Shown: piece by piece, positions 11,600 through 22,509 of the stretch
Position numbering within the stretch: the stretch's first letter is position 1
Layout of the letters: each line of letters opens with the position of its first letter
Made by a program: the position numbers and the translations under genes
From: Dicyema japonicum
Lineage: Eukaryota > Animalia > Dicyemida
Assembly: GCA_011109175.1 (NCBI GenBank)
Contig: RDEW01000071.1
Location: forward strand, 71,632 to 135,631
Reading direction: 5' to 3'
DNA length: 64,000 nt
Notes under the pieces: model-generated
The model's input: the letters and a program-made list of their open reading frames with translations, nothing else
The model's database searches: none
What the model was told of the DNA's origin: nothing

Positions 11600-12260
11600 A
11601 TGTCTAAAAACATTCATTAAATGACGTTTTACGTACGTGGAATATCGAAACATTGGAAAAGGAAAGTACTTTATGACGATCCTGAGAAGTCAAATATCTA
11701 TTGGCTGCCTACAAGACACGAAAATCGAAAAAGGACACGATGAAACATGGAACAACTACCCAATGATTCTCTCCCCGACTAAATGCAAACACTATGGGAT
11801 GGGATTTGCCCTACACGTTGGTTACTTCGAAAAATTACATCGCTATTGGAGAGTCAACAATCAAATATGTGTCCTACAAGTCAAACTAAATGATTTATGC
11901 TCGTCCAAGAGTCTATTAATTATCATAAATATCTATGCACCACACTGCGGGCGAGTAGTCAAAAACCCTGGTGAGCTCTAGGAATTCTACTCAGAAATAT
12001 CAATCACATATTCTAATAACGCGTCCTCGTTTTTTGTCTTTGTTCCGGGAGATATGAATGTAAATGCCGGAATGCGAAAGGGTCCTGAAAAATTCTCTAT
12101 TGGAAGACACGGGCGCGGAAGGAGTAATGCATGGAGCCTTTCTGGTGAATTTCTGCGAGGCAATTAGCCTATTCCTGTGCAACACGGCCTTCACGCACTC
12201 AGCTCGCCACAAGACGACATGCCACGGACGAAGGAAAACTCTGCTAAAAAGACCGTGAAT
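11600..12260 (+). mobile_element. RTE LINE 5' fragment (APE endonuclease)
   Basis: IGCLQDTK..HYGMGFA..RVNNQICVLQ..INIYAPHCGRV..LCNTAFTHSARHKTT, parallel to 62400-63100. Confidence 0.85.
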
Positions 12261-12449
12261 ATATATAAAAAAAATGCTGGGCCAGACAACATAAGCCCTA
12301 TGCTTTCAAAATATGGGCCAAAAGCTTAGTAAAACTTTTACCAGGTGAACAACTGCGAGAATCAAACCGTAACCTGAGCTATTTTGTCGGACACATAACC
12401 ACTATGCCACCTGGCTATCAATAAAACTGTCAGATGGATTTTTGGAGGA

Positions 12450-13245
12450 AAAATCAATATTTGTATAATCTAATATTATCAACGTATTATATAATTTAAT
12501 ATTATAATTTACTGATTGTGTGTTTTGCTATGTGGCAAACTCTTAGCCACGTGCATTCAATCCGATTTTTGAACTAATCTCACTGTTGATAATCAAATTA
12601 AATCTTTGATGTGGCCATTTCTGATTTGTATGATTGTACACTTTGAAGATAGATTTGAGTGGAATTAACAGCCATCTGAAATGATGTATTTTTGTTGTAG
12701 AATGTTGCACAGATTGTTCAATGTCTCATTGGTTTCCTGTCATTGAAGAGACATAGATATTTGTCTGTACTGCTTCGTTATCTGCATAGGTAAAATTATT
12801 CCTATCGTAGCTTTACGTATGTTCTGTTAATGGACAACTCCGTGGTGTATGTGTTTCATTATGGACCCTATTTTGCTTTAAAACAATCACATAAATGTTT
12901 GTATGTTAATAATCTTCTGAAATAAAAGTTTTGTTCATAATTTTTGTCGAAATTATCATAGTGAATCGTAGTGTTGTTAAAGTAGGCTTATTTACGTAGA
13001 AATGATAAAAATGTGTGAAAAGTTTTTGAACGATTTTAAGTGCATAATTTGGAAATTTTATGAATACGAAAAACTGTTAGATGTTTTTTGAAGGAAATTA
13101 TTGCTTACAAGTTCTCAGTTTACTGTGAAATTTAAATGTATCTCTATGGGAGTTTGAAGTCAACGATAAGCGATCGTTTGCTGCACAGTCAGTATTTATA
13201 TTTAAAATTACTCAACTTTTACGTAAAATACATAATTAACAGTCG
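12450..13245 (-). pseudogene. Degenerate gene, paralog of 15500-16761
   Basis: Shares a ~55-bp upstream block with TATA-like motif, 5'UTR motif AAATTTCACA(A)GTAAAC and TTATTTCAG..ATTATT..CAT segment with the 16 kb locus; frames contain stops. Confidence 0.4.
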
Positions 13246-13429
13246 ATAACTCATTATTTCATGATTTTATTTACTAAACAACAACAGCTATGCCCCCACG
13301 GAGTAGTGATGTTTTAATTATTAAACCTCGGCTTAGGGAGTAATTAAATAAATATTTCATGATTATTTCAAAACATAAAAATATTAAATTCTGAAGTGAG
13401 TACTATTTTGTCAACACAGATAATTGGGA

Positions 13430-14420
13430 ATATAATTTTTTCTTTTCCTTGAGAGCGCTCATATGGTTTTTGCAGGATTTTTGTTACAATTCGTTTCAAG
13501 TATTACAACAGGCCCTTCACCTTTATGTGGTGAATAATCCCCAGCAGGTCCTCTGTCTGCTTTAGCCAATTTTACAAGACTGTCTAATTCTGGATAAGCT
13601 TGAATGATTCTATCGACTTGTCATACACGAAAATATCTGGTTTATCGGCGACTATTGCAGTATTTGTACTGACCGTCGTGTCTAGTCGGATCTCTACATA
13701 GAAGGGGATTCGTTTTCCATCTCATATTATAAGTATATAAATACTTCCGAGCTTCATTTCCGGTTAAGGTATGAACTATTCAGTACTCTTTCAAATTTGT
13801 CGCAAAGTCGTCAACCGTCTTTTTGAACAGTTGGAGTGGTTGCATTTAGCTTCTCAGTTTTCAAGAAATAAGTTACGATCTTCTGCAGACACGGTATTCG
13901 TTTGGTCACTGAGAAGTAGTTAGCCACCATGGGGACTCAAATATATCTACTCTAATGGGTTTCAGACATTGGTAGAGAATTGGACGAAATGACTCGTTCT
14001 CAATTCTGTCGGTTTTGTATTTAGTTGTATCTCCTTCTCTAACTGTGTGTTCAATTCCTTGAAATTTCAATGTTGCACTGTGGGAGATGAACCCTATAAT
14101 ACCAGTTATGATTTTAACTCAATGACATGACAATATCTACTTTATGTTTCCAGTTTCTATAACTGGAGAGGTTCAGCTTTGTGGGCGGGAGACTCAAGAC
14201 CTCTCCCGAGTTAATAAGTTGGAAAGTATAATCTTTTTTGTTTGCTGGCTAAAAATAGACTGGCTGTCCGTAATAATTTAAAAGAATTGATTAATCGATC
14301 TGTTCAAAGTCTCGGACTCTGTTTTTACCAAGTTCAGATGATCGTCGTTAAATTTTTATGGTGATTTCAAAGATCTCATCATAGCATCGTCCTTTGAAAT
14401 ACCACTGTACTTTTACTGCT
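13430..14420 (-). mobile_element. R4/Dong-like RLE retroelement remnant
   Basis: VEIRLDTTVSTNTAIVADKPDIFVYDK, homologous to the RLE domain at 27564. Confidence 0.65.
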
Positions 14421-14604
14421 CACACATATTGACATCCATGTGTACATCGGAAAATTGAACCTTTTAAGTTACAAACTCGACTTTCGTCAAGGACGTAGAA
14501 ATTTCAGTTTATTGCAGTAAAAACAATTCTACATTTTTCCACAACAATAGGATTTTAGGAAGATTTCAAAAAAGTAAATAATCTTATCAAAATCTTATGT
14601 CCTT

Positions 14605-14848
14605 TTTTCCAAAGACCAATAGAAAAAATCAACTAGCTAATTCCTTGATCCTGATACGTTCCAGCAGAGCCCTCATCCAAGTACAGTGATCCAGAGAGGT
14701 TTTCTTGGGAGTTGAGGTCGATTAAGAACCCGTCGAAGGGAACGAAATTGTCTCCCGGTGGAATCGATAGATATATCGTTTTGAATATCTGCCAGGCATT
14801 GGGCGTCTCCTGAGTAAGGTTAGTCAAATGACGCAACCAGGGGGAAAC
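14605..14848 (-). mobile_element. Pseudoknot-core SINE-like element, copy C (diverged)
   Basis: RC reads GCGTCATTTGACTAACCTTACTCAGGAGACGCCCAATGCCTGGCA; 3' tail ..GGAACGTATCAGGATCAAGGAATTAGCTAGTTG..TTGGTCTTTGG matches copies A and B. Confidence 0.7.
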
Positions 14849-15002
14849 AAAAGAAATCATAAACAGAAATTTTAAGATTAACTATGAAGATTAGTATTTA
14901 AATGTTTTTTTATTAATTTTTTTATTTATTGTAAATTAGAATAATTGAATTTTAATATTTAAAAACAAATTTAATTTAACGTATTGAAACATATTAATGT
15001 TG

Positions 15003-15314
15003 TGGCCGCGTGGCGCCATGTGGTGCTGCGTGGTTAATTCTGCTTGCTTGTCTGTTCCTCCTCTCTCTTCCTAATAGAGTGGCGTCATGTGATCCACCTG
15101 TCTAGGTGACGCCCAGTGCCAGGCCGGCATGAAAAAGGATCATTTGCTCTTCCCCACTCCACTGGAGGGGTTTCCACAACTGCATGTAATGGACGTTTCC
15201 CCCTTTATGCTGATTCCGGATGGACTCTGTTTCTGTAGAAGTGGAAACTGGATGCACTTAATTAATTGTTTACTTTAACTTTTTTCTCGGTGTACCAGGG
15301 GTTAATAAATAAAA
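15003..15314 (+). mobile_element. Pseudoknot-core SINE-like element, copy D
   Basis: 5' hairpin CGTGGCGCCA-TG-TGGTGCTGCG, core 15081-15142, tail CTCGGTGTACCAGGGGTTAATAAATAAAA. Confidence 0.85.
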
Positions 15315-15499
15315 CGTATAAGTAAGCAGCAAGCTACTAATCTTCCTAAGAAATTAGGATGCATGGCTTTTCTCAGGACTCACAATGAGTGTGAAACCCA
15401 ATAGCTCATACAGTTGGTTTCCATAGCGATCCAGAGGAGAAACACCGCATCAATCAAGTCCGCAGGAATATATAATTGCTTTCTAAGTGTTTTCGTAAC

Positions 15500-16761
15500 C
15501 TTAATTCTTAATGACATAATATAAATGCTCAAAATTTGGAAAATTGACGTTTATTACGAAAGACATGAATAATAAGTCATATTCTTCAAAATGTGTTAAT
15601 TAAATAATATAATTTCCTGCTGTAATTATTCGAATTCAGTCAACCAACACTGAATCATATAACAGAATAGTCAATATGCCATTATCTCAACTATTTATCT
15701 TTCTTCAAAAAAAGACGAAAAATGGCTACAAATTGTTAATATTATTTCTTCATTATTAGCAACCCCATAATTTTGTACAATGAATTACTGCATTTTACAA
15801 TATTTGTGGACCAGTATTTCACAGATTATCGATATTGAGTACTTCAAGGAGACATCTCGTTTAAGTTCAATAAATGGAATTATTGAAATTCAGTTCAATT
15901 GTCATTTCATTCTATGGTTTATGTATAATATGTGCACATGATTGTATCTGAAAATCCAATCAAAACACGATTTTCCCATATCATTACGATTATTTGAGTA
16001 ATAATGTTATTTATCCCCAATTTTGTAATCTTAGTATGTTTTGAGTGTTGTGAGTGATATTAACGGCGATAAAGAAGGTAGTATATTCCCTTGTGATAAT
16101 TGTAAATTATTAAGTCAGTGACGTAATCTATATTATCAGAATATCAAAATCTATGATTACATATTTCACAAAAACGGTAACATGTACGATCATAAATATT
16201 GAATTTACAAAGTCCAGAACTTTTATGTTAAAATTCTGAAATAACAATTGTGGTGGAAATATGCTGTGAAATGTCAAGATATCAAAGTAACACTCATAAA
16301 TATGTTCAACGTAACATCAGATACTTTAGGTATACTTGTAGTGCATTATGAGCTCAAAGGTGACACGTGTTCATCAAGAAGGTTGATTTGCTCGTAGAAT
16401 TTGTTTATTGGAATAAAATGTATAAAAAGTAGATGTAATAATAATCTGAAATAAGCATTCATGTTTCATAAATATTTTATTGTGATCATGCGTTGTAGGG
16501 TGTGGATAGAGTGTAGGGGATCGAAGAATGTTTTTTGTGGACTGTAAAAATGACTATTTCGAGCACATACACACGAATATGATAAATGAAGTTGGAATAT
16601 GATAGAGGAATGTTTAGTTTTAGTTTATTTTCTGTTTACTTGTGAAATTTGAAACCACTAATTTGGATGATTGAGGGTAACACAAGGTGATCGTTACTGT
16701 AAAGTGAGTATTTAAATTAAATGTTACACAACCTTTACGTAAAATACATAATTAAACAGTC
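15500..16761 (-). pseudogene. Degenerate, possibly C-type-lectin-like gene
   Basis: 29-nt GT-AG intron-like segment near 16570-16542; fragments GLCKFNIYDRTCYRF and WENRVLIGFSD recall CTLD motifs; in-frame stops. Confidence 0.35.
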
Positions 16762-17539
16762 AATCATTATTTTGTATTATTAAATTAATGTGGAAATCCC
16801 AAACTGTTGTAAAAACTGTCTAAATTCTAATCATGTAAGACAGGTTAAATTGAAAAGTACTTAGCCTTCCAAGGTTGATTCCGTTTCGTTTTAATAGTCT
16901 TATAACCCCTTAGAACGGTGGAAGAATTGGTTAAGGGTAATGCAATCTCAATGCTATTCAGAGACTCCCGTGAACGGAGAAGGTTCTATCGGCCCTAGAA
17001 ATCACGATCGTTTGCGGAAATGCTCACTGTCTCTTGTCAGGTGATATCTATTAAGTTTTAAGTGATTATCCATCCCAGACTTCATAAATATAAAGTTACG
17101 TCTCACGATAGCTATCAATATCAACTCAGCAGCTACGAGTTACGGTGACGTCACGGGTTATGAGAATTCCCAGACATCTAAGGTTGTTTGAGGATGGTTA
17201 TTATTTGATTATTTAATTGATGTGTTCTCTATATGCTAATCGTTCAGTTCATAATTTATTTTTTACTCCTCAAAAAGTTGAGAGATTTTCACAAGTATGA
17301 TCTTCTTACAAAAGAGATCACCACTCTACGACTGTCATGTAAAAATTATTCTGCTGATTATGATGGAGTTGTCTATAAATGCTTCAAGAATTACAAGGAT
17401 ATGCTATCCAATGAGGAAGATGCTGGGACTTGCATTTAATCAGTAGTCTTGAAAATACTTTAGAAGGTATAAAGGTCATTTGATCATTTGGGGGTGCACG
17501 ATTACAATGATTCTTAATTAGTTAAAATAATGTTATTCT

Positions 17540-18200
17540 GTTTTGATTAAATATGTTTACTTTGCTCGACTACTTCTTTACTTGGAGATTGATCCCATGT
17601 GGTTATTAACTTTGAATGAATTGTATCGTAAAAATACCATTTGTATACGACTTGGACGGCTCCCCTTCGCATTGTAACCATATTATCGTTGGGACTGTTA
17701 ATTAAATCCTTGTTTCAACTAAAACCTATTATTTTTATATCCGATTAAGAAATTGTAGAGCAAACTTGGTTTAATGTTGTGATAAATGTTGGTTTCAATA
17801 TTTGTGTTAGAGCATTTCAAAAGACAGAATCTAATCACGTGTAATAAGTGCAGATCTTTAATGTGGTTTAGAAAAATTAATTCTTGGATAGTTGTGCCGT
17901 ATTGAGTCCATCGGGGAAGACTTTTCTCTTGCTATTATATAAGTAAGTCATTTTGATCAGGAATTCGTCTCTCATATAGTGATTTAGAACAGAAACCAAA
18001 TGGTTTTGTAAAACTTCTACTTGTCCTTTAGTATCCTTTTATGTTTGATTCGATCAATGACTCTATGGTTTGAATCGAGGTTACGGGTTTCTTTATTAAT
18101 TCGACATTGTTTCAAATGGCATTGAACGTCTCATGAGTTTGGTATCGATGACGTCACCGAAATGGAATAGAGAAATTTAAAATCAAGTAGCCACATAACA
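17540..18200 (-). mobile_element. Possible Penelope-like RT remnant
   Basis: ..LYNFLSDIKIIGFS*NKDLINSP.. and ..FKVNNHMGSIS.. resemble PLE RT motifs. Confidence 0.3.
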
Positions 18201-19399
18201 CCAAGTAGATAATATTTCAAAATAAAAAATATTTTTAAATTTTGAATATGTCCACCACAACTTAAAAATATATTAGAATAAACTTATTAATAAACTTAAT
18301 ATTTATTAAATTAAATAAAATAAAATGTTCAAAATTCAGCTCTTGGTTGTAACGTTTTAGTTAGCCATCGGTTCTTTCTACTTTCACTTGAAGGTACCGG
18401 GGGTAAATAAATAAAAAATAAATGGTTCTCTCTGAGTCAACAAGAGGCGAAATAAAAATAAATCTCGCAAAAAGGTATGCCTTAAAAATATCGAGAAATT
18501 CTTTATTTTTATAGACGAAAAGACATATTTTGTTATGAATAACAAAAATCTTCGTTTTTTGATTGTAAATAGAATTTAAACTAAAGATAGCACAAACATT
18601 CGATTACCCCAACAATCGTGAAAAGACCCAGTCTATAATAGATGTAAATTCTCTTTGGTGTGATGATTATAAGTGTTTATGTTTGTTCATATTGTCTTTT
18701 TTTGGTTTACGTGCAGTTTCAATATGCTTGTATTTTTTATAGATGGTTTTTTGTTTAATTAGTTCTACCCTGCTTTTTGTCTGATTTAATCTATAGAATT
18801 CTTTAGGTTAAGAGTTCAGACCCAACATACCGTGTTTTGGCAAAAGATCAGCCGCTAAAGGAAATAAAAGAATCAACAGCTTTTCTAAATTTAGGATATA
18901 ACTCCCAATATATTCTAGACTTTCTTCTTTATATAAGTTTGACTCCACTTATATATAAAATATCCTATCAGTTTAATAATATACACGGAGGTCATAACGA
19001 AAGTTGAAATAGTTCGGCCATTTCTTGGAGAATGCATTAAGTTCCTTATACACCCAATATATCGACTAACCATCAACTGGAGGGCAAACCTTGAGAAAAG
19101 AACCTAAAGAAGATCATGACGACCAATTCCTAGTTACAAAAACCCTTTAAAAGTTTTTTGTTACGGAAAATCACGCAGGGTTTATCTGGCTGTAATGAGA
19201 AAATAAAGAATGTTTTAAAGATCATGAGTATAACAGAAAATATGTGAAAACTAAAAACAATTTATTACGTAGCGAGACAATCAAAATAATCATGTGAAAA
19301 TATGGAATGGCTGTTTCCTGATAACTGACAGATATCCTTGAACGGCCATTCGGTTTACAAACGCTCATCACTCACTTTCAATATCATGGACCCAAGCGA

Positions 19400-19860
19400 T
19401 GTTAGAGAAAGACCATCTTAGCCCGAAGACTCAGCTCGACGACGGGATGTACTTGGAATTTCTTTCTTGATTACGGTTGATTGGATATATGCTCGAGTTG
19501 GCCTCCACAGGGAAATGTGATGGTGTTTGCTCACAATACCATCTCATATTAGTACGATTGGTACAATATTAATTTATCCTTGTGGATAGATGCCATTCAT
19601 TTGCAAGCCAGTCATATTTGTGTAACTTATCAAAATCGACTTGTTAACTGTCGTGTCTGTGCTAATTATTGTATCCACTCAAATCTCAACCTAGTAATTG
19701 ACAACCACTGATTGCACATAATTTGTATTCAGTTTTCTGGATTTTTTTATTTAGTAGTGCCGGCGTAGATGCAAATGTAAGGATCTGCCAACTTCGTTGA
19801 TATCGAAGATAGTCACAGCGGTCAGCAGTTTCTTGGCAGAAATGCAGTGGATGCAACTGA
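19400..19860 (-). mobile_element. R4/Dong-like RLE retroelement 3' remnant
   Basis: VEI*VDTIISTDTT..INIVPIVLI*DGIVSKHH..RAYIQSTVIKK. Confidence 0.7.
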
Positions 19861-19906
19861 CTTTAGAATTGTCAAATAATAATGCACAAATTTTTAAGGA
19901 AAAAAA

Positions 19907-19979
19907 TACCCCGGATGGGATTTGAACCCACGACCTTAAGATTATGAGACTTACGCGCTAACCACTGCGCCACCGAGGC
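19907..19979 (-). tRNA. tRNA-Met: tRNA-Met (CAT), elongator type
   Basis: GCCTCGGTGGCGCAGTGGTTAGCGCGTAAGTCT-CAT-AATCTTAAGGTCGTGGGTTCAAATCCCATCCGGGGTA: full 73-nt cloverleaf with A and B boxes. Confidence 0.95.
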
Positions 19980-20767
19980 ATATTATCTTCTGATATTTTG
20001 TTGAAATCTTACCTACTACATTATTTTGTCATTCAAACAACTTTTATTTTGTCAACTAATTATTATTATTTAAAGAAAAAAAACAGAGTAAACTGTTATA
20101 TAGCAACTGTGTGGCTATTCTTTCTCAGGATAGCGAGCGAGATTTGTTTTTTACATGCTAATATGAAAGGATTCTTCATCAGGACCTTAATCCAAGAATT
20201 TGCTCTATGACTTGATAAATATTTCAATACAATTATTCTTCATCAAGACTAAAGGGTGACCAGTATAAGTAATAATATCTCATTTGATCGGAATGCTCTA
20301 TACCTAATCAATATCAATTGTGCCTAAACTAGGTATCGTCAAGCCTAGTCACGTGTTATCAATAAACAGTATAATTCCCCAACTTCCAAATTCTTTTTTT
20401 CTTAGTTCCTAACAGCTGTCAATAATAAACTCAGCATTTAACCCTATTTATTGACTTACATATGAAATGATAAAGAAGTAGTCCTCAACTGACTAAGTGG
20501 TCCTATTCACACGATCACAGTGAGACGCATCCTTTTAAAGAATCACTTAATTCGTCACCTTCATTACATGAACCCTTCCAGTAGAGTAAGGAAAAACAGG
20601 ATCTTTTTATATGCCGACCAGACCATGCGGTCTTCTTAGAGAGGTGGATAACCTGACACCTCTAAGTAATTGAAAAAGGCAAAATCACGACTCGAACAAC
20701 AACAATATCCAAAGCTAACAACTTGCTTAAGACTATAAAACAAGGGTCACTTATATAAGCCAACAAT

Positions 20768-21517
20768 TTACGGTAAAATATAAATAATAATTACAGAAAT
20801 CCCCAAGGCAGTAAAGAATGCCAAAATAAAGGAGTCCCGTCGCGTTCGATACGAAATCCGTTTCAGAATCCTCCCAATCATGGGATATTTGGCTTAAGCA
20901 TAAAACCTAATAGAAACAACCAGAAATATTCTTGATGCGTCCAGAAGCCCCGATAAGCATATCCTTCTGGCTAGAGAGTCCATCCCTGAGGACATCCACG
21001 AGGTTGATGTGAGATTCCACGATTCTGTGAGAACTGAGGATTTAGGCACAAGTTTACTTTAGCAAAGATTCATTCTGGCGGTTCAGAAGTGACGTGGGAT
21101 TCATCTCCACTTGATTTTTATCTGCGACGTTGGAAAACAGCCTTGCACGTTCCAGCTTGTCCTGAATCGAGGACCGAAGCTTCCGATACTCGAGGGAAAA
21201 ATTCTGAAGGATCTCCCCGTGTCGTTGTTTCACGTGGGAAGGAAGATTTGACGAGGCCATTTCGTGGTTGATCCCAATAAGTCGGGTCTGAGCGGATTCA
21301 ATCTCCCCTTGAATATTTGTTATGACTTCTTTGTCAATAGAGAGTTCTGACTTTGACCTTCTTACTTATTTTTAGAATAACCTATTAAAATTGCTGTTGG
21401 TGGATAAGGTTGAGCTGATTTTGCAGAGTTCGAGCATCTTCTTGTCGATTTCAGCCTCGATAATTTTCGCATTTCTGCATAGATCTAACAAGATTAATGT
21501 TTAACGATACCATTCAT
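20768..21517 (-). CDS. GOSR1: Golgi SNARE Gos28 (Qb-SNARE with C-terminal TM)
   Basis: Four introns (21510-21485, 21381-21361, 21057-21034, 20920-20893; 26/21/24/28 nt) give MNDLCRNAKIIEAEIDKKM..QRHGEILQNF..SQKDML..KYPMIGRILKRISYRTRRDSFILAF..TM-stop, matching GOSR1 motifs QRHRDILQDY and RKRRDSLIL. Confidence 0.9.
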
Positions 21518-22509
21518 TAGAGTTATTTTATGAACAACAATAGTGTTGGAATTTTTTGAATTATTTTCAAATTTAATTTTTTTAATTTATATTAAATATT
21601 CTAATAAATATTATTTATTTTAAGTGGTTAATAAAGTTCGTTTTTCATGAGTATGTGTGATTCAATATTTTAATACTGTGTTATGAGATTTATTAGGACA
21701 AGAGTAAATTTAAATAAATATGTAAATCAATGATATTGGTTGTAATTTATTTTTTTAATGAGAATTGTCGTAATATATATGCTAATATATCATGCATAGT
21801 GCTTTGCTTCAACAATGATGAGATAGTGAAATTGGGGCTTTTGTCCATCTCATCAAATGATTAATGTCGACACGTAGCTAAGTAAGATGACGAGTTCACA
21901 TTTCTAGTATAATATAATGAAAAACATTTCTCATTTAGTTTTCTTGTTGTTCCCATATGTCTCCGGTGAAACCCAAAAGTGACCATTTGCTCCAGCTCAT
22001 TTAACTTCATCATTCCTTGAGGAATTTCAATAACAAAAACTGTACGTTTTTCCCTTTTCTCCGGTTCTGGAAACTTGTGTGCTTGGAAAGACTTGTCTCT
22101 CTGCGTCTTGGCCATTGGTGTTCGTGCATATGAAAGAAATTGGATTCGAAAAAATATTAAGTCCACTTGTATTCATATTGCATCACTGTCTTAATTTAGT
22201 TTTTTTTGGCAGCACATATTTAAGAAGATTTTAACATAATTGATGTTTCTTCACATAATCATTAAATCCGCGCACGTTAAATGAGCCGGGACTTTAAGGT
22301 GAGATCTTAGTTAGTTAAGTAACCCCAACAGGGGAATAATTGTGGTTCTTTTAGTTGCCAGTTTGATACTGGTATTCAATTTTCTCCACTTGAAGGTGAA
22401 CCACATCGAAAATTTGAGATCTTTGACAAGTGCAATAGAGAAACATCAACATATCAACAAAAAATCTTAAAATAATTGATATTTAATTTTATATTAATAA
22501 AAATTATTT

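Noticed and set aside
14700-14775. Loose resemblance of copy C's middle to B-box plus Nin/Ceph-SINE central domain
   Set aside because: Recalled from memory, short, and present in only one copy; needs an alignment to SINEBase before it can be claimed.
21861-22166. 101-aa ORF with RRM-like start (EKRTVFVIEIP)
   Set aside because: No second RNP motif, no convincing start or splice structure; left unannotated.
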